From Anthoceros angustus (lineage: Eukaryota; Plantae; Anthocerotophyta), in assembly GCA_010909165.1 (NCBI GenBank), contig MU008153.1, positions 310,001 through 374,000 of the forward strand: a stretch of DNA of 64,000 nucleotides. Direction: 5' to 3'. The translations under genes and the position numbers were made by a program. The notes below the pieces were generated by a model. That model searched no databases. It was not told the DNA's origin and saw only the letters and a program-made list of their open reading frames with translations. Positions within the stretch are counted from its first letter, which is position 1. Each line of letters begins with the position of its first letter. Of this stretch, positions 62,451 through 64,000 are shown piece after piece.

Positions 62451-63698
62451 ATTGTGTAGTGTCTGCCAATCACAATTATAGTACTGAAGAGTAAGTGCAA
62501 GCTTGAATTTAACCTAAGAATCAAACTTTTATTTGAAAGACCTCAATGGCCAAAATACCACAATATGAAATTCAAAACATCAATATGGCACCATTAAATT
62601 TGAAATCAAGTGGAGAAAATTTAAAATTTTGACCAGTCATCTAAGTTTTGCCATCCTCAGATGTAAAAAGGCCTATGGGGCCCCTTATTGTAGTCAAGTT
62701 CACCAAAAAAATTAGTTCTATTAAACACATGATTAGGCTTGCCTAGGTTCATTTTTACATTAATTATGTTCTTTTTTAGATTATATATTTAATTATGTTC
62801 TTCTTTAGATTATATATTTTTCTTATAATATTAAATATATTTACAACCTTTATTAAAATTTTTACATATTCAATAACTACTTATTTTAATAATTAATAAA
62901 ATAATACTTACCGATTTGTCAAATTATATTGAGGAAGAAGAAGAATAATTTTATTTAAGTCTACTAAGGATGGATGAGGAGCAAAATGATAACAATTGTC
63001 CTCCCCAAGAAGTGACATTCAGACCAAAGTTCATTAGAACTCAAAAAGTCATGTGCCATTTGGTTCGAACACTACTAAAAAGCGTTACCCATCCCTTGAT
63101 ATAAAAAACCCTATGGGACCTCGTATTCTATGAAGCTCTTCGGGGCTGCCTGCTATAATGCCCCACGTGGATACTAAATAGAAAATGCACAATGAAGTTC
63201 ACCAAAAGAAGTGACAATAATCAATAACTAAATAATTAAAAACTCTTAACAGCTAAAAATAATTAGGGAGTAGAAGGCTGAGTAACATTTAATGGGGGAA
63301 TAACACTTAAGGTAGGAGACTGAACTTGTTACATGTTAATCTCAGTATCCAATATGTTGGCTTGTCGTGTGGTTCTTGCAAAGTTGGTTCTTGTGTCCGT
63401 TGTCAGAGCACGTTCGAGTCTTAAGGTAGACTAAACAACTTAAGGGTGGATCCCCAACCGCACAGTACGGACGATGAAACGATGACACCATGACCGGGTG
63501 GTCATGGACGTTCGTACCCGGAACAAACCTGACACCGCGCCTTGCCCGGCGATCTCCTCTTTCCTGACTAAAAACTTACATTTCCCTTGACCGCCCAAAT
63601 TTATATGCATGTATGTGGGAACCGGCCCCTACCAGCAGATTGAGAAGTGGCTTCTTGTGTTGGAGCTCGAAAGCTGGTCTCTCCATACACAGATTGTG

Positions 63699-64000
63699 AT
63701 GGAGCTACTCTGCTCCTTGAGCACGTGCCATGGATCATACCCCATGGCAATCCCTTCACATGGCAGACGTGGCCCTACCAGTGGAGGCATAGCGGTCTCC
63801 AGCTCATGCTCATTCTCCAGCCGCTCAAGGCTATGGCTGCTGCTTCCAGGCAGAGGGACCAAGACGGCACCAAGAAGGCAGCAGGTGGCAGTAATTGCGG
63901 GATTTCTGCCTGTGGATCCCTGGTCACCTAATATTGATTCGCAGAGCGTCGCCTCGCAGCTCTTCGCTGTGTCATTGATCCCCTATCTCGGATTTCTCTA
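63699..64000 (+). CDS. 5' end of a DUF3593-type membrane protein with plastid transit-like leader (runs off the window)
   Basis: Open frame from ATG 63699: Ser/Arg-rich leader then LPVDPWSPNIDSQSVASQLFAVSLIPYLGFL; family recognised from memory. Confidence 0.75.
   Translation, partial: MELLCSLSTCHGSYPMAIPSHGRRGPTSGGIAVSSSCSFSSRSRLWLLLPGRGTKTAPRRQQVAVIAGFLPVDPWSPNIDSQSVASQLFAVSLIPYLGFL

Overview
Eukaryotic nuclear DNA from a compact land-plant genome. Short (about 80-250 nt) introns, tight gene spacing and PLS-PPR debris suggest a non-seed plant such as a hornwort, but that is inference only. Recognisable genes are CNX3/MoaC immediately followed in the same frame by HPPK-DHPS, a CYP71-clan cytochrome P450 with several rearranged pseudo-copies, tRNA-Gln(CTG), FANCL, an alpha/beta-hydrolase carrying a long charged repeat insertion, SEC23, RPA2, an F-box gene and the 5' end of a DUF3593-type plastid protein. 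The rest is mostly transposon debris: a CRE-like LINE, a duplicated OTU-protease-bearing element, an LTR fragment, and a PIF/Harbinger element with a nested CACTA. There are also PPR and MAPK pseudogenes and many tandem duplications. Two observations stand out. (1) Two GTP-derived pterin-pathway enzymes (Moco step CNX3 and folate step HPPK-DHPS) are separated by a single in-frame TAG with no room for a terminator and promoter, a candidate bicistronic, readthrough or shared-leader unit. (2) A cysteine-free hydrolase has a ~210-aa Arg/Gly/Phe-acidic block repeat plus a His-rich tail inserted inside its catalytic domain. All calls come from reading the sequence by eye; no searches were run.
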